Below, in pieces: positions 10,009-18,214 of a stretch of 64,000 nt of DNA. This DNA comes from Nitrospirota bacterium. Its GTDB lineage: Bacteria > Nitrospirota > UBA9217. How positions within the stretch are numbered: the first letter of the stretch is position 1; the number at the start of each line of letters is the position of its first letter. Position numbers and translations under genes: made by a program. The stretch covers positions 480,001 through 544,000 of the forward strand of contig OY760142.1 in assembly GCA_963663225.1 (NCBI GenBank), read 5' to 3'. The notes beneath the pieces were generated by a model. It was not told the origin of the DNA. It worked only from the letters and a program-made list of their open reading frames with translations, and ran no database searches.

Positions 10009-11027
10009 CAGCTTCCTTTCTTGCCGTGAACATTGGGGAAAAAGAGGTCTTTCCAGTTCTTCGGTTTTGTTTTGATCGATCCTGTTTGGTACATGAAATC
10101 CGAAAACTTCGTGATGTTAAGAGGCGTGGTTGTATAACTGAGTGAAGGATGGTTTATCTGCGCGAACAGATCATTCGGGCTTTCCTTCGTTTTGCTCGAT
10201 TTGATATAAATATCCACCGCTGCACGTTTGTTCTTTTGAATAAACGAGATGGCCTCCTCAAGCGCAGCAAAGACAGCAGCGTATGTGTTTGGATTTGCTT
10301 CATAAAATGTCTTTGTTGTGGAAAGCACATTAAACGTGTGCGGCCCTCCTAGGACGTCGAATGAGTTCAACACGGTATGCACCCGTTTGTCATCCAGTTC
10401 CTGGAACATGAATGGAGGGCTGGTCAGATGTGCGATAACCTCCGACCTGCCGGACAGGAGAGCGGCCATTCCATCAGGATGTTTCATTGAAACAGTTAAA
10501 CGGTCTAGTCTGGCATAATTCTGATTGCCGAATGCCTTTGCAGCGGCCATCTGCAGAACGATTGCCTGGATGGATACTTTAACGGTCGGCAGCGCAATCC
10601 GGTCTTTGTCGGTAAAATCATTGATTGATTTAATCGCAGCATTATTGGTATTCAGATAGAGAGGAGAACTGTCCAAAGCAGCCACCCCCTTGACTTTACC
10701 GTTGGTCTTCGCCCAAAGTATGATCAACGGAGCTACCCCGCTTGAAACGTAATCCACACTTCCTGAGAGAAGAGCATCATTGACCGCTCCGCCTCCGCCA
10801 AGCGTAGCCCAAATTACCTTAATATCGCCCAATCCTGATGCCTTCGCATGCTTTTCTACGAGTTTCTGCTCTTCCATAACAATAAGAGGCAGGTACCCTA
10901 ATCCGTACTGCTTTGCTATGCGCACTTGTGTCACTTCTGCTGCCGCGATTGGTATCATGACTGCCAACATCATGATTGACAGCATAAGTGATCCCAATAT
11001 TCTGTAAATATGTTTTATTTTAGACAT
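10008..11027 (-). CDS. ABC transporter substrate-binding protein (NMT1/SsuA-like)
   Basis: Signal peptide, NDALLSGSVD motif, in an operon with the permease and ATPase. Confidence 0.88.
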   Translation of the reverse strand: MSKIKHIYRILGSLMLSIMMLAVMIPIAAAEVTQVRIAKQYGLGYLPLIVMEEQKLVEKHAKASGLGDIKVIWATLGGGGAVNDALLSGSVDYVSSGVAPLIILWAKTNGKVKGVAALDSSPLYLNTNNAAIKSINDFTDKDRIALPTVKVSIQAIVLQMAAAKAFGNQNYARLDRLTVSMKHPDGMAALLSGRSEVIAHLTSPPFMFQELDDKRVHTVLNSFDVLGGPHTFNVLSTTKTFYEANPNTYAAVFAALEEAISFIQKNKRAAVDIYIKSSKTKESPNDLFAQINHPSLSYTTTPLNITKFSDFMYQTGSIKTKPKNWKDLFFPNVHGKKGS

Positions 11028-11502
11028 ATTTTTTTTCCTTTCGCGTAATTTTATCGAGATGCTTGAAATAGGGCCGTGCGGTTTCTTCCTCAGACTTCCG
11101 TGCCGAGAATGTTTGATCGATCACCTCGTCTGGAGTGATGATCCAAACAGCAGCGAGGTCCGCATCCTCCAGCGTTTCCCTCACTTTTGTGTAGTATTTC
11201 CGGAACACGGGTCCGGCAACATGCGCTTTGACCGGCCGGCCTTTAATCTGATAGCTGATGTCATCCTCTCCATAAATCGACACCGCAACATTCCGGCCGA
11301 ACCAGATGCTTCTCACCATGTTTTTGTTGCTTTTTGACGATTCCAGCAGCTCAAGGCACACAAGATTTCCATCTTTATCAGCATGGATCGATTGTTTAAC
11401 AACTGCATGGGGATTACCGTTCTCATCCGAGGTGGCCAGAACTTTGACCGTGGATTTATCTTCCAACAGCTTCGCAATAGACTGAGTAATTTTTTGTGGC
11501 AT
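11020..11502 (-). CDS. Pyridoxamine 5'-phosphate oxidase-like FMN-binding split-barrel protein
   Basis: KVLATSDENGNPH, SYQIKG; start at MPQKITQ after GGAG. Confidence 0.75.
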   Translation of the reverse strand: MPQKITQSIAKLLEDKSTVKVLATSDENGNPHAVVKQSIHADKDGNLVCLELLESSKSNKNMVRSIWFGRNVAVSIYGEDDISYQIKGRPVKAHVAGPVFRKYYTKVRETLEDADLAAVWIITPDEVIDQTFSARKSEEETARPYFKHLDKITRKEKKYV

Positions 11503-11515
11503 CTTTCTCCTTTCC

Positions 11516-12769
11516 TTATAACAACCGTGCGAGATCGGAATTGGGATGATTGCCGCAACGGCGGTAATCATCGAAATCAAGGCCTACGTTGTACTTTTTC
11601 TGTTGTTCATGCAGACCTTTAGTCAACCGAATGAAATACTCCAGTGAAGGATTTTTCTGACCGGCAAAGAATGAACCGGGACGCGGTATCCATACCGTAA
11701 AAACAGTTCCAACACCACGCTCGGCAAGAGACTCGGCCTCTGCAAGCGTTGCAGCCAAGGCATCATCTTCGTTTTTAAAGCCGTGAGGCCTCGCCATTTC
11801 AGCTCCGGCCACAATACAGGTGTCCACCATGCCCCTTCCAAAAACATCAACTGCTCCTATCAAACGGTTTTTCCATTCCTGATACCCAACCCATTTCGCT
11901 TTTCCAGGGCAGATCCAGTTAAATGCTTTTTCGTCCAGGATTTCAATATCAGACGTATAGCTCAGTAAGCCCGTTTCTTGATGGAGCCGTTCGAGCTGTT
12001 TAACGGTAAAGGCCGTGGCTATCAATTGGCTCGGAAACTTGGGCACGGCAAAAGCATCTCCTACAGCCTTAAGCAAATCAATATAATATTGTACTTCAGC
12101 ATCGAATGGTTCCGGACCATGCGGATTCGATCCGGAGGTAAGGCAGACCGCGCTGAATCGACCCGGTTCTTTCAACGCTTCCCTGGTTGTTTCTGTAACA
12201 TCCGCAGGCTTTATCCGCGTGGGCAATCCTATTTCGCTTTTCTGCTTTTTTAGGTTGTTCACAATATCGCAAAATCGGCATTCTTCGCCGTCTTTCCAAA
12301 AGTGGCAAAACCGGTCCGCCATTATATAGAGGCGTTGCGGCCGTGAACTCGCCACATGCTGCATAAGCACGCCTGAACTCGTTTTTTTATCGTAGTAAAA
12401 GGGTTTTGGCCAGAACTCTACCTCTTCTATGGTTTCCTCATCATCAATCAGAACCAGTTTCCCTTCGCGGTAATCCACAATATACGGATTCTCAGCAATA
12501 GACGTAGGCGTCGATATGACCGATGTGCCGTCGCGAAGCAAAAGCGATTCAGGACGATGGGTAAGTTTGCCGTCCCTCGTGCCGAAAATATGTGTGCCGC
12601 CGGTCTGGTGAAGCGCGGGATCGACCCGGTCGAGAGCCCGGTCCGTGTAATAGACGCCCCGGCGGTGTACATCTGTCTTGATGATGATCAACCGCGGTAT
12701 TTCAGGATATTTATCCGCCACTTCCTGTAATGTCAGTTCCTGTCTTCCGAGAGACAACAGTATTGCCAT
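11516..12769 (-). CDS. Radical SAM protein with CX8CX2C motif
   Basis: CHFWKDGEECRFC, LTSGS, CPGK and C-terminal RRCGNH. Confidence 0.8.
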   Translation of the reverse strand: MAILLSLGRQELTLQEVADKYPEIPRLIIIKTDVHRRGVYYTDRALDRVDPALHQTGGTHIFGTRDGKLTHRPESLLLRDGTSVISTPTSIAENPYIVDYREGKLVLIDDEETIEEVEFWPKPFYYDKKTSSGVLMQHVASSRPQRLYIMADRFCHFWKDGEECRFCDIVNNLKKQKSEIGLPTRIKPADVTETTREALKEPGRFSAVCLTSGSNPHGPEPFDAEVQYYIDLLKAVGDAFAVPKFPSQLIATAFTVKQLERLHQETGLLSYTSDIEILDEKAFNWICPGKAKWVGYQEWKNRLIGAVDVFGRGMVDTCIVAGAEMARPHGFKNEDDALAATLAEAESLAERGVGTVFTVWIPRPGSFFAGQKNPSLEYFIRLTKGLHEQQKKYNVGLDFDDYRRCGNHPNSDLARLL

Positions 12770-12835
12770 GATGGCCTCCAGTAGTTTTTATTGTGTTCAT
12801 GATTCCTGTTTTGAATCCTATACAGCCAAGCCGAC

Positions 12836-12911
12836 AAAAATAGCTGACCGAATCAACAGAGAGCACAGGGGATTTACGTCACCCTTGTCGCCTCCAGTTG
12901 ACTGGTCAGCT
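12836..12911 (-). ncRNA. Structured leader/attenuator element, copy A
   Basis: Long hairpin GCUGACC..UCAAC..GUUGA..GGUCAGC followed by UAUUUUU; 61/68 nt identical to copy B; lies upstream of the radical SAM/ABC genes. Confidence 0.7.
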
Positions 12912-13013
12912 TCCTGAAGATGTTTATTTAAAATGCCACTTTGAGTATTACAAACGTGTATTAATAAATAATTTCCTCTTACAGAATAAATAATAAATTT
13001 CTTATTTATTATG

Positions 13014-13307
13014 TTATATGCAACCCGTAGGTTTTGGGAGTCCGGCCACTTTATAAACACCTCGAATGCAGCTACAAGAAAACAGTGCGCGAATTTCTTT
13101 AAAGGTAAAACCTGTCTCTTTACAAAGTTTTCGTGTCATAGGTGCAGAGCCAAATTTATTGAAATAATCACGCAAGTAATAAATCACTTTCCAGTGATCC
13201 GGCGTCAACAGGTAAATTTTATCGAGCGCTGCCAGGTATGCAGCAATTTCGACAGTCCAGTCATTTAACTCTATGAGAAATCCATCTTCGTCGATTTCAA
13301 TGTTCAT
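13014..13307 (-). CDS. TusE/DsrC family sulfur relay protein
   Basis: IDEDGFL..W, LTPDHWKVIYYLRDYF, C-terminal AGLPKPTGCI; GGAGGTGA RBS. Confidence 0.88.
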   Translation of the reverse strand: MNIEIDEDGFLIELNDWTVEIAAYLAALDKIYLLTPDHWKVIYYLRDYFNKFGSAPMTRKLCKETGFTFKEIRALFSCSCIRGVYKVAGLPKPTGCI

Positions 13308-13475
13308 TTTATTCACCTCCATAGCATCCACACAGAGTTATCCTCCTGACTGATTGCCTTTAAAACGTGCATAAAAGCGATGCTCATCACAAAAAAAACC
13401 CGGCTTGAACTATACAAACCGTTTCGTCAAAAAAATGATTCAGTTGGTTTAAAGGCACTATATTTAAAAGCCTCC

Positions 13476-13805
13476 TCAGACTTTCTGTATCAGCAGAACC
13501 CAATGATCTTTGATTTTTTCCCGGTTCAAGACGATGTTCCCCTGCTGCACCACCGACGCGGGAACACTTTCCGCCGGAACTCCGTCATCAAGCAAGACTT
13601 CAAGTATTTCGCCTGATTTCATGGAAGCCAAGTCGAGTTTTATTTTTACGAAGTTCATGGGACAGACAACCCCACGATAATCCTTGAACCGACCTGCGGT
13701 ATTGGTGGATTTTGCAGCTACCATCTGTTTCGTTTCAGCAGTCGCTTCCGCATTTGCCTTAACCTCGTCGGATTCATTCCTTCGCAAATTTTTAGGACCG
13801 ATCAT
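13476..13805 (-). CDS. TusA/SirA family sulfurtransferase
   Basis: DYRGVVCPMNFVK..GEILEVLLDDG. Confidence 0.85.
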   Translation of the reverse strand: MIGPKNLRRNESDEVKANAEATAETKQMVAAKSTNTAGRFKDYRGVVCPMNFVKIKLDLASMKSGEILEVLLDDGVPAESVPASVVQQGNIVLNREKIKDHWVLLIQKV

Positions 13806-14203
13806 TAATCTATTACCTCCAGGTCTTCATTCTCTACTATGCCATTTCTTATTTTGAATGCCTTCACTTGTTCCTTTCTTTCTGCAAGTGATACGATGAC
13901 ATAACTGACGCAGGGATCGACGGCAAGTTTTATATCCTCTCTAGATGGCCGAGCAGGTGTTGTCGGATGTGAGTGATATACTGCCAGGAGGGTCAAACCC
14001 CGTACACGAACTTTTTTTAAAACAGAGAACTGTTCCCGAACGTCGAACGTAAAATGTTCAAAAGAATTGTCAATATTTTTCATTTTATGATGAACACTAA
14101 TAATCCCGCCATCACCTGCGAGATAACCGCAAGCTTCAATCGGCAGTTCCTCCCGTGCATGTGCAAGAATATTTTCCAGCACGCTTCTATATATCTTGAG
14201 CAT
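13805..14203 (-). CDS. JAB/Mov34 metalloprotease (sulfur-carrier processing, HcyD/Mec-like)
   Basis: PIEACG..YHSHP..ARPSREDI JAMM motif. Confidence 0.9.
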   Translation of the reverse strand: MLKIYRSVLENILAHAREELPIEACGYLAGDGGIISVHHKMKNIDNSFEHFTFDVREQFSVLKKVRVRGLTLLAVYHSHPTTPARPSREDIKLAVDPCVSYVIVSLAERKEQVKAFKIRNGIVENEDLEVID

Positions 14204-14207
14204 CTCT

Positions 14208-15017
14208 TTATCCTTTTTTCAAGTCACAGACTGCCTGTTCTCCGTCTACAAGCTCATGTATGCTCGGTCTTTCACCGCACACCGGGCAGTGATCGTTCTT
14301 CTTCACAGCCACTTTGCGAAAATCCATTTTTTTTGCATCAAAATGAAGCAGACTGTTATAAAGCGGCATACCTGCACCCGTTATATATTTCAATGCCTCT
14401 GTAGCCTGGATTGTTCCCAGCATACCCCCAATTGCTCCTAAGACTCCGGCGGAAGAACACGTGGGCACACTGTTTGTGGGTGGCGGCTGTTCAAATATGC
14501 AGCGATAACAGGCAGTTTCGCCCGGTTTAACAGTTATGGCCTGCCCGGAAAAGCGCAGAATACCCCCATGAGAAAACGGTATTCGGTTCAATACGCAGGC
14601 ATCGTTAATAAGAAATTTCGATGCAAAATTATCCGTGCCGTCAACAACAAAATCATATTCCCGAATGATAGCTGAAATATTCGCAGCACATAAATACTCT
14701 TTATACACGTTAACCCGTACATGAGGATTTATTGCCTGTATTTTTGCGGCGGCCGAAACGGCCTTGGCAGAACCGACATCCGATGTAAAGTGAACAATCT
14801 GCCTCTGCAGATTGGATATTTCCACATTATCGGCATCCGCAATCCCAATGGTACCCACGCCAGCTGCGGCAAGATAGAGCGCAACCGGCGAGCCGAGCCC
14901 TCCAGCGCCGATAATAAGTACCCGGGCTGAGCTGATTTTTTCCTGACCATCTATCCCCACTTCTTCAAGAATAATATGCCTGCTATAGCGCTCAAGATAT
15001 TCCTCGCTGACTTCCAT
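14208..15017 (-). CDS. ThiF/MoeB family adenylyltransferase (HcyF-like)
   Basis: RYSRHI, GAGGLGS, SNLQRQ, DGTDNF, two CxxC motifs. Confidence 0.92.
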   Translation of the reverse strand: MEVSEEYLERYSRHIILEEVGIDGQEKISSARVLIIGAGGLGSPVALYLAAAGVGTIGIADADNVEISNLQRQIVHFTSDVGSAKAVSAAAKIQAINPHVRVNVYKEYLCAANISAIIREYDFVVDGTDNFASKFLINDACVLNRIPFSHGGILRFSGQAITVKPGETACYRCIFEQPPPTNSVPTCSSAGVLGAIGGMLGTIQATEALKYITGAGMPLYNSLLHFDAKKMDFRKVAVKKNDHCPVCGERPSIHELVDGEQAVCDLKKG

Positions 15018-15019
15018 TT

Positions 15020-16255
15020 CTATCCTTTCATCGCAAGAGCCTGTTCAATATCATGGATTAGGTCCTCTCTGTCTTCAATCCCCACACTCATCCTAATCAA
15101 CGAGTCACTGACGCCTGCAGATTGTTTTTCCTGCTCGCTCAATTGCGCCATGATAGTCGATCCGGCATGTATACAGAGTGTTTTATTATCATGCAGATTC
15201 GTTGATCTTCGTATAATCTGGAGAGCATTAATAAATGCAAAACAGTCACTCCGTGATTTCAACTCAAAACTGACTACACAGCCTGGAAAAAGCAGAAATT
15301 GTTTTTGTGCAATGCCATAAAACCGTGACTTCCTAAGTCCTGGGTAATGAACCGTTACGACTTCTTTTTTTCCCGCAAGGTACTCCGCGATATCCCGCGC
15401 GTTTGAACAAGCCCGTTCCATTCTTAGTGCTAGCGTTTCAAGTCCTAGAGACAACAGGTAGGCATTGTGTGGGGCCAAGCATCCGCCAAGATATCTGCTA
15501 ATTTGTTTTCTAATTTTTGCTATCAAAGCAAATGGACCAAATTTTTTTGCATACTGGGCAAGCATTCTGTTGTTGTTCCAGTCATAGCTTCCATTATCAA
15601 TAATAAGCCCTCCCAATACTGTTGCGCCGCCGGAGATGGCCTTTGTTGCCGACAGCACTTCAATATCAACTCCATAATCTTTTGAATTGAAAAGATAAGG
15701 AGGTGTCATGGTCGTATCTGCGATAAGAACCAAATTATATTTCTTTGCAAGTTCCGAAAAAGCTCCGATATCCGGCACAGTAAGAAGGGGATTTGAGATC
15801 GTCTCAACATACAGTGCTCGCGTATGATCGTCGATAAGTGCTTCGCACCCTTTCAGATCCAAGGGATCTATAAAACGTACTTCTATGCCAAGTTCTCCTA
15901 ATGTGTCCTTAAAAAAAGAATACGTATCGCCGAAGAGAAACTTGCTTGCAATCAGGTTGTCCCCCGCTCCGGCTACCGCCAAAATTGCGTTCGTAATAGC
16001 AGCCATGCCCGAAGACAATGCAGCGACTGCAGAGGACCCTGTCACATTTTTAATACGCCGTTCGAAGTCCTCAACTGTCGGATTAGTAATCCGGGTATAT
16101 GCGTGAGCATTTTTCCGTCCCAAAAAAGCCGCTTCCATTTCCTCAGCACTTTCGAGTTCGAAAGAAACACAGTCATATACCGGCATTCTGAGTGCTCCAT
16201 GCCGATCAACAGTAGAAAATGGTGAATGAATTGCCTTTGTAGTAAAACCAATCAT
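15020..16255 (-). CDS. O-acetylhomoserine sulfhydrylase-like PLP enzyme (sulfur-carrier-associated)
   Basis: YTRITNPT, SSGMAAI, SATKAISG, IRMSVGIE; adjacent to ThiS/MoeB/JAB. Confidence 0.82.
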   Translation of the reverse strand: MIGFTTKAIHSPFSTVDRHGALRMPVYDCVSFELESAEEMEAAFLGRKNAHAYTRITNPTVEDFERRIKNVTGSSAVAALSSGMAAITNAILAVAGAGDNLIASKFLFGDTYSFFKDTLGELGIEVRFIDPLDLKGCEALIDDHTRALYVETISNPLLTVPDIGAFSELAKKYNLVLIADTTMTPPYLFNSKDYGVDIEVLSATKAISGGATVLGGLIIDNGSYDWNNNRMLAQYAKKFGPFALIAKIRKQISRYLGGCLAPHNAYLLSLGLETLALRMERACSNARDIAEYLAGKKEVVTVHYPGLRKSRFYGIAQKQFLLFPGCVVSFELKSRSDCFAFINALQIIRRSTNLHDNKTLCIHAGSTIMAQLSEQEKQSAGVSDSLIRMSVGIEDREDLIHDIEQALAMKG

Positions 16256-16473
16256 ACAATCTCACTCTCCCCGCCGCCCATAAAATACACAAACTCCACC
16301 TCATCCCCATCTTTCAAAAGTGTTGCTAAAAATCGTTCCTTCTTTACAAAAGCACCGTTCACCTGTACCGCAACGGTATCGAGATTCTTAACCCGCTCAA
16401 TCACAAGCAATTCGGAAACAGGGATCTCCTTTTTCTCTATGTTTCGCTGCTGACCATTTATCTTGATATTCAA
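16252..16473 (-). CDS. ThiS-family sulfur carrier with C-terminal extension (HcyS-like)
   Basis: IKING..VAVQVNG..LKDGDEVEFVYFMGGG followed by ESEIV. Confidence 0.85.
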   Translation of the reverse strand: MNIKINGQQRNIEKKEIPVSELLVIERVKNLDTVAVQVNGAFVKKERFLATLLKDGDEVEFVYFMGGGESEIV

Positions 16474-16485
16474 TTTCTAGCCTCC

Positions 16486-16650
16486 TCAGCCTATATCTTT
16501 TGCTTCCCAATGCGGAAACCATTTTCGCACAAAAGCATTTAATTCCCGTTTAAACTCATCGCGCCGCGTTGTACTGTCCATCGGACTTCCGTCGACCGCT
16601 GCTAGTGATGCAACAATGATTCTATCGCCGGTAATCTGATGATTATCCAC
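16486..16650 (-). CDS. Small hypothetical protein, 54 aa (not in the ORF track)
   Basis: GGAGG RBS, GTG start, MDNHQITGDRIIVASL...WFPHWEAKDIG; its TGA overlaps the thiS RBS (TGAGGAGG). Confidence 0.55.
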   Translation of the reverse strand: MDNHQITGDRIIVASLAAVDGSPMDSTTRRDEFKRELNAFVRKWFPHWEAKDIG

Positions 16651-16841
16651 GATTACTCATCCTCCTGTCTTATCAAAATCACTGAACAGATCAAAGGTAA
16701 AGGATGCAGAACCTTAGCTTGCAGATAGCGATGCAACTCTCAATTACATGTTTTCCCCACATTTCTGTCTATATTAGATTCTCTTTTTTAAATATTGGGT
16801 TGTCCATCCCAAAAACTAGCACTACTTTTTCTCCTGAAAAT

Positions 16842-16915
16842 AAAAAAGCTGACCAAATCAACAATTAGCACAGGGGATTTACTACACCCTTGTAGCCTCC
16901 AGTTGACTGGTCAGC
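16842..16915 (-). ncRNA. Structured leader/attenuator element, copy B
   Basis: Same 68-nt hairpin followed by U6, 80 nt downstream of yezD and upstream of the thiS operon. Confidence 0.7.
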
Positions 16916-16995
16916 CGATAATTAGTGTTGCGTTGATATAGTATGTGGCAGTGTGTCTGCTGGTTTTTATCCTTTGCAGAAGTAAAAATTATTCT

Positions 16996-17187
16996 TCATA
17001 TTTGATAATCCCACGAGTTGTACTTGTCATATCTTATTTTTTCTGTTTTATCAATCTGCACTACCTTGGAATCGTGGATAGTTATTTCGACACTTCCATA
17101 TTGCAGACTTTTGATGGCTTTCAAAATACTCAACAGAAGCTTTTTTTCATGGTTTTCAAGACTATTTATATCAGCCGTTTTTTGCAT
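16996..17187 (-). CDS. yezD: YezD / DUF2292 family small protein
   Basis: IKSLQYGSVEITIHDSKVVQIDKTEKIR signature. Confidence 0.85.
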   Translation of the reverse strand: MQKTADINSLENHEKKLLLSILKAIKSLQYGSVEITIHDSKVVQIDKTEKIRYDKYNSWDYQI

Positions 17188-17259
17188 TTAGATACTCACT
17201 TGTAAACTTCTGTCGATATTTATTAGTCTATGTTTCGTCATAAAATTCTGCTAATTATA

Positions 17260-17276
17260 TTGCAATAGACGTGCCA
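17260..17276 (-). promoter_or_regulatory. Predicted sigma54 promoter for the yezD-thiS operon
   Basis: Minus strand TGGCACGTCTATTGCAA, matches the TGGCACG-N4-TTGC consensus. Confidence 0.85.
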
Positions 17277-17404
17277 CAAAAAAACTCTGAAATTCGGTGG
17301 TTTTCACAAGAGCACTATCTAACACTGATTAATTTATAAACAATATGTTAATAATATATACAGCTAAAACCAGTCCGTCAATAATGAGCAGGCCTCTTTT
17401 TGTT

Positions 17405-17683
17405 CTATCCACCAGATACAGCTGGGATTATTAAGAGCTCGTCTCCATCTTTTACTACCGTCTGTTCTGATTGTAAAAACCGTATGTCTTCTTCGTTTAT
17501 GTACAGACTGATAAATCTCCTGATTTTTCCATTTTCGCTAATTTTTCCCGCAAGACCGGGAAATTGTCGTTCAAGATTATCTATGATCTCTATCACGGTA
17601 CCGGGTGCGGCCAAAACTTCCTCCGTGCCGATAATACTCCGTAATGGAGCAGGTATTTTTATCTTCACAGTCATTTTAGACAC
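17405..17683 (-). CDS. MoaD/CysO-family ubiquitin-like sulfur carrier
   Basis: IKIPAPLR..YINEEDIRFL..DGDELLIIPAVSGG, free C-terminal GG. Confidence 0.88.
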   Translation of the reverse strand: MSKMTVKIKIPAPLRSIIGTEEVLAAPGTVIEIIDNLERQFPGLAGKISENGKIRRFISLYINEEDIRFLQSEQTVVKDGDELLIIPAVSGG

Positions 17684-17711
17684 CCTTACATGTCGGTCTG
17701 CATATTTTCCA

Positions 17712-18212
17712 TCAATATCGTCTTTGACGCCGTGCAGTGATGATTTCCGTGTTCATGCCTGCCCAGTGCAGTCCCCCAAGATACCGGCCATGTTCCATTT
17801 TTATACATTTATCCATGACTACGGAAAGCCCTGCGTCCAAGGCTTTCTCCGCAGCCTCGAAATTCACTATCTTTAATTGCAACCAGACGGCCTTTGCGCC
17901 AATCGCGATCGACTGCTCGACTATAGGCATCACTTCTGCTGACGGCCTGAAAATGTTCACGAGGTCAATTTTCTCAGGAACACATGTCAGGTTTGGATAA
18001 CATACTTGCTCCAAGATTTTACCTCCACGCGGACTTACGGGAATAACTCTGTAGCCTTCATACAGCAGATACGATCCTACAAAATAACTTGCTTTTTGGC
18101 GGTCTGATGAAAGACCTACTATTGCTATGGTTTTTGTAGTATTCAAGAGGCCGCAAATCGCATCGGTATTCTGATATCGTTCACGCTGTTCTGGTGTGAG
18201 CGTCGTATTCAT
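17712..18212 (-). CDS. CoA-binding protein (YccU-like)
   Basis: TIAIVGLS, DLVNIFRP, AKAVWLQL, VMDKCIKMEH. Confidence 0.88.
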   Translation of the reverse strand: MNTTLTPEQRERYQNTDAICGLLNTTKTIAIVGLSSDRQKASYFVGSYLLYEGYRVIPVSPRGGKILEQVCYPNLTCVPEKIDLVNIFRPSAEVMPIVEQSIAIGAKAVWLQLKIVNFEAAEKALDAGLSVVMDKCIKMEHGRYLGGLHWAGMNTEIITARRQRRY

Positions 18213-18214
18213 GC

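Noticed and set aside
12836-12911. SAM-I riboswitch or T-box
   Set aside because: Lacks the AUC.AGAG core and the T-box consensus; reported as an unknown element instead
13014-13307. Evidence for dissimilatory sulfate reduction
   Set aside because: Lacks the second DsrC Cys, and no dsrAB is present in the window
16691-16762. 23-aa Cys-containing leader peptide (MWGKHVIESCIAICKLRFCILYL)
   Set aside because: No clear RBS, and it lies downstream of the hairpin it would need to control
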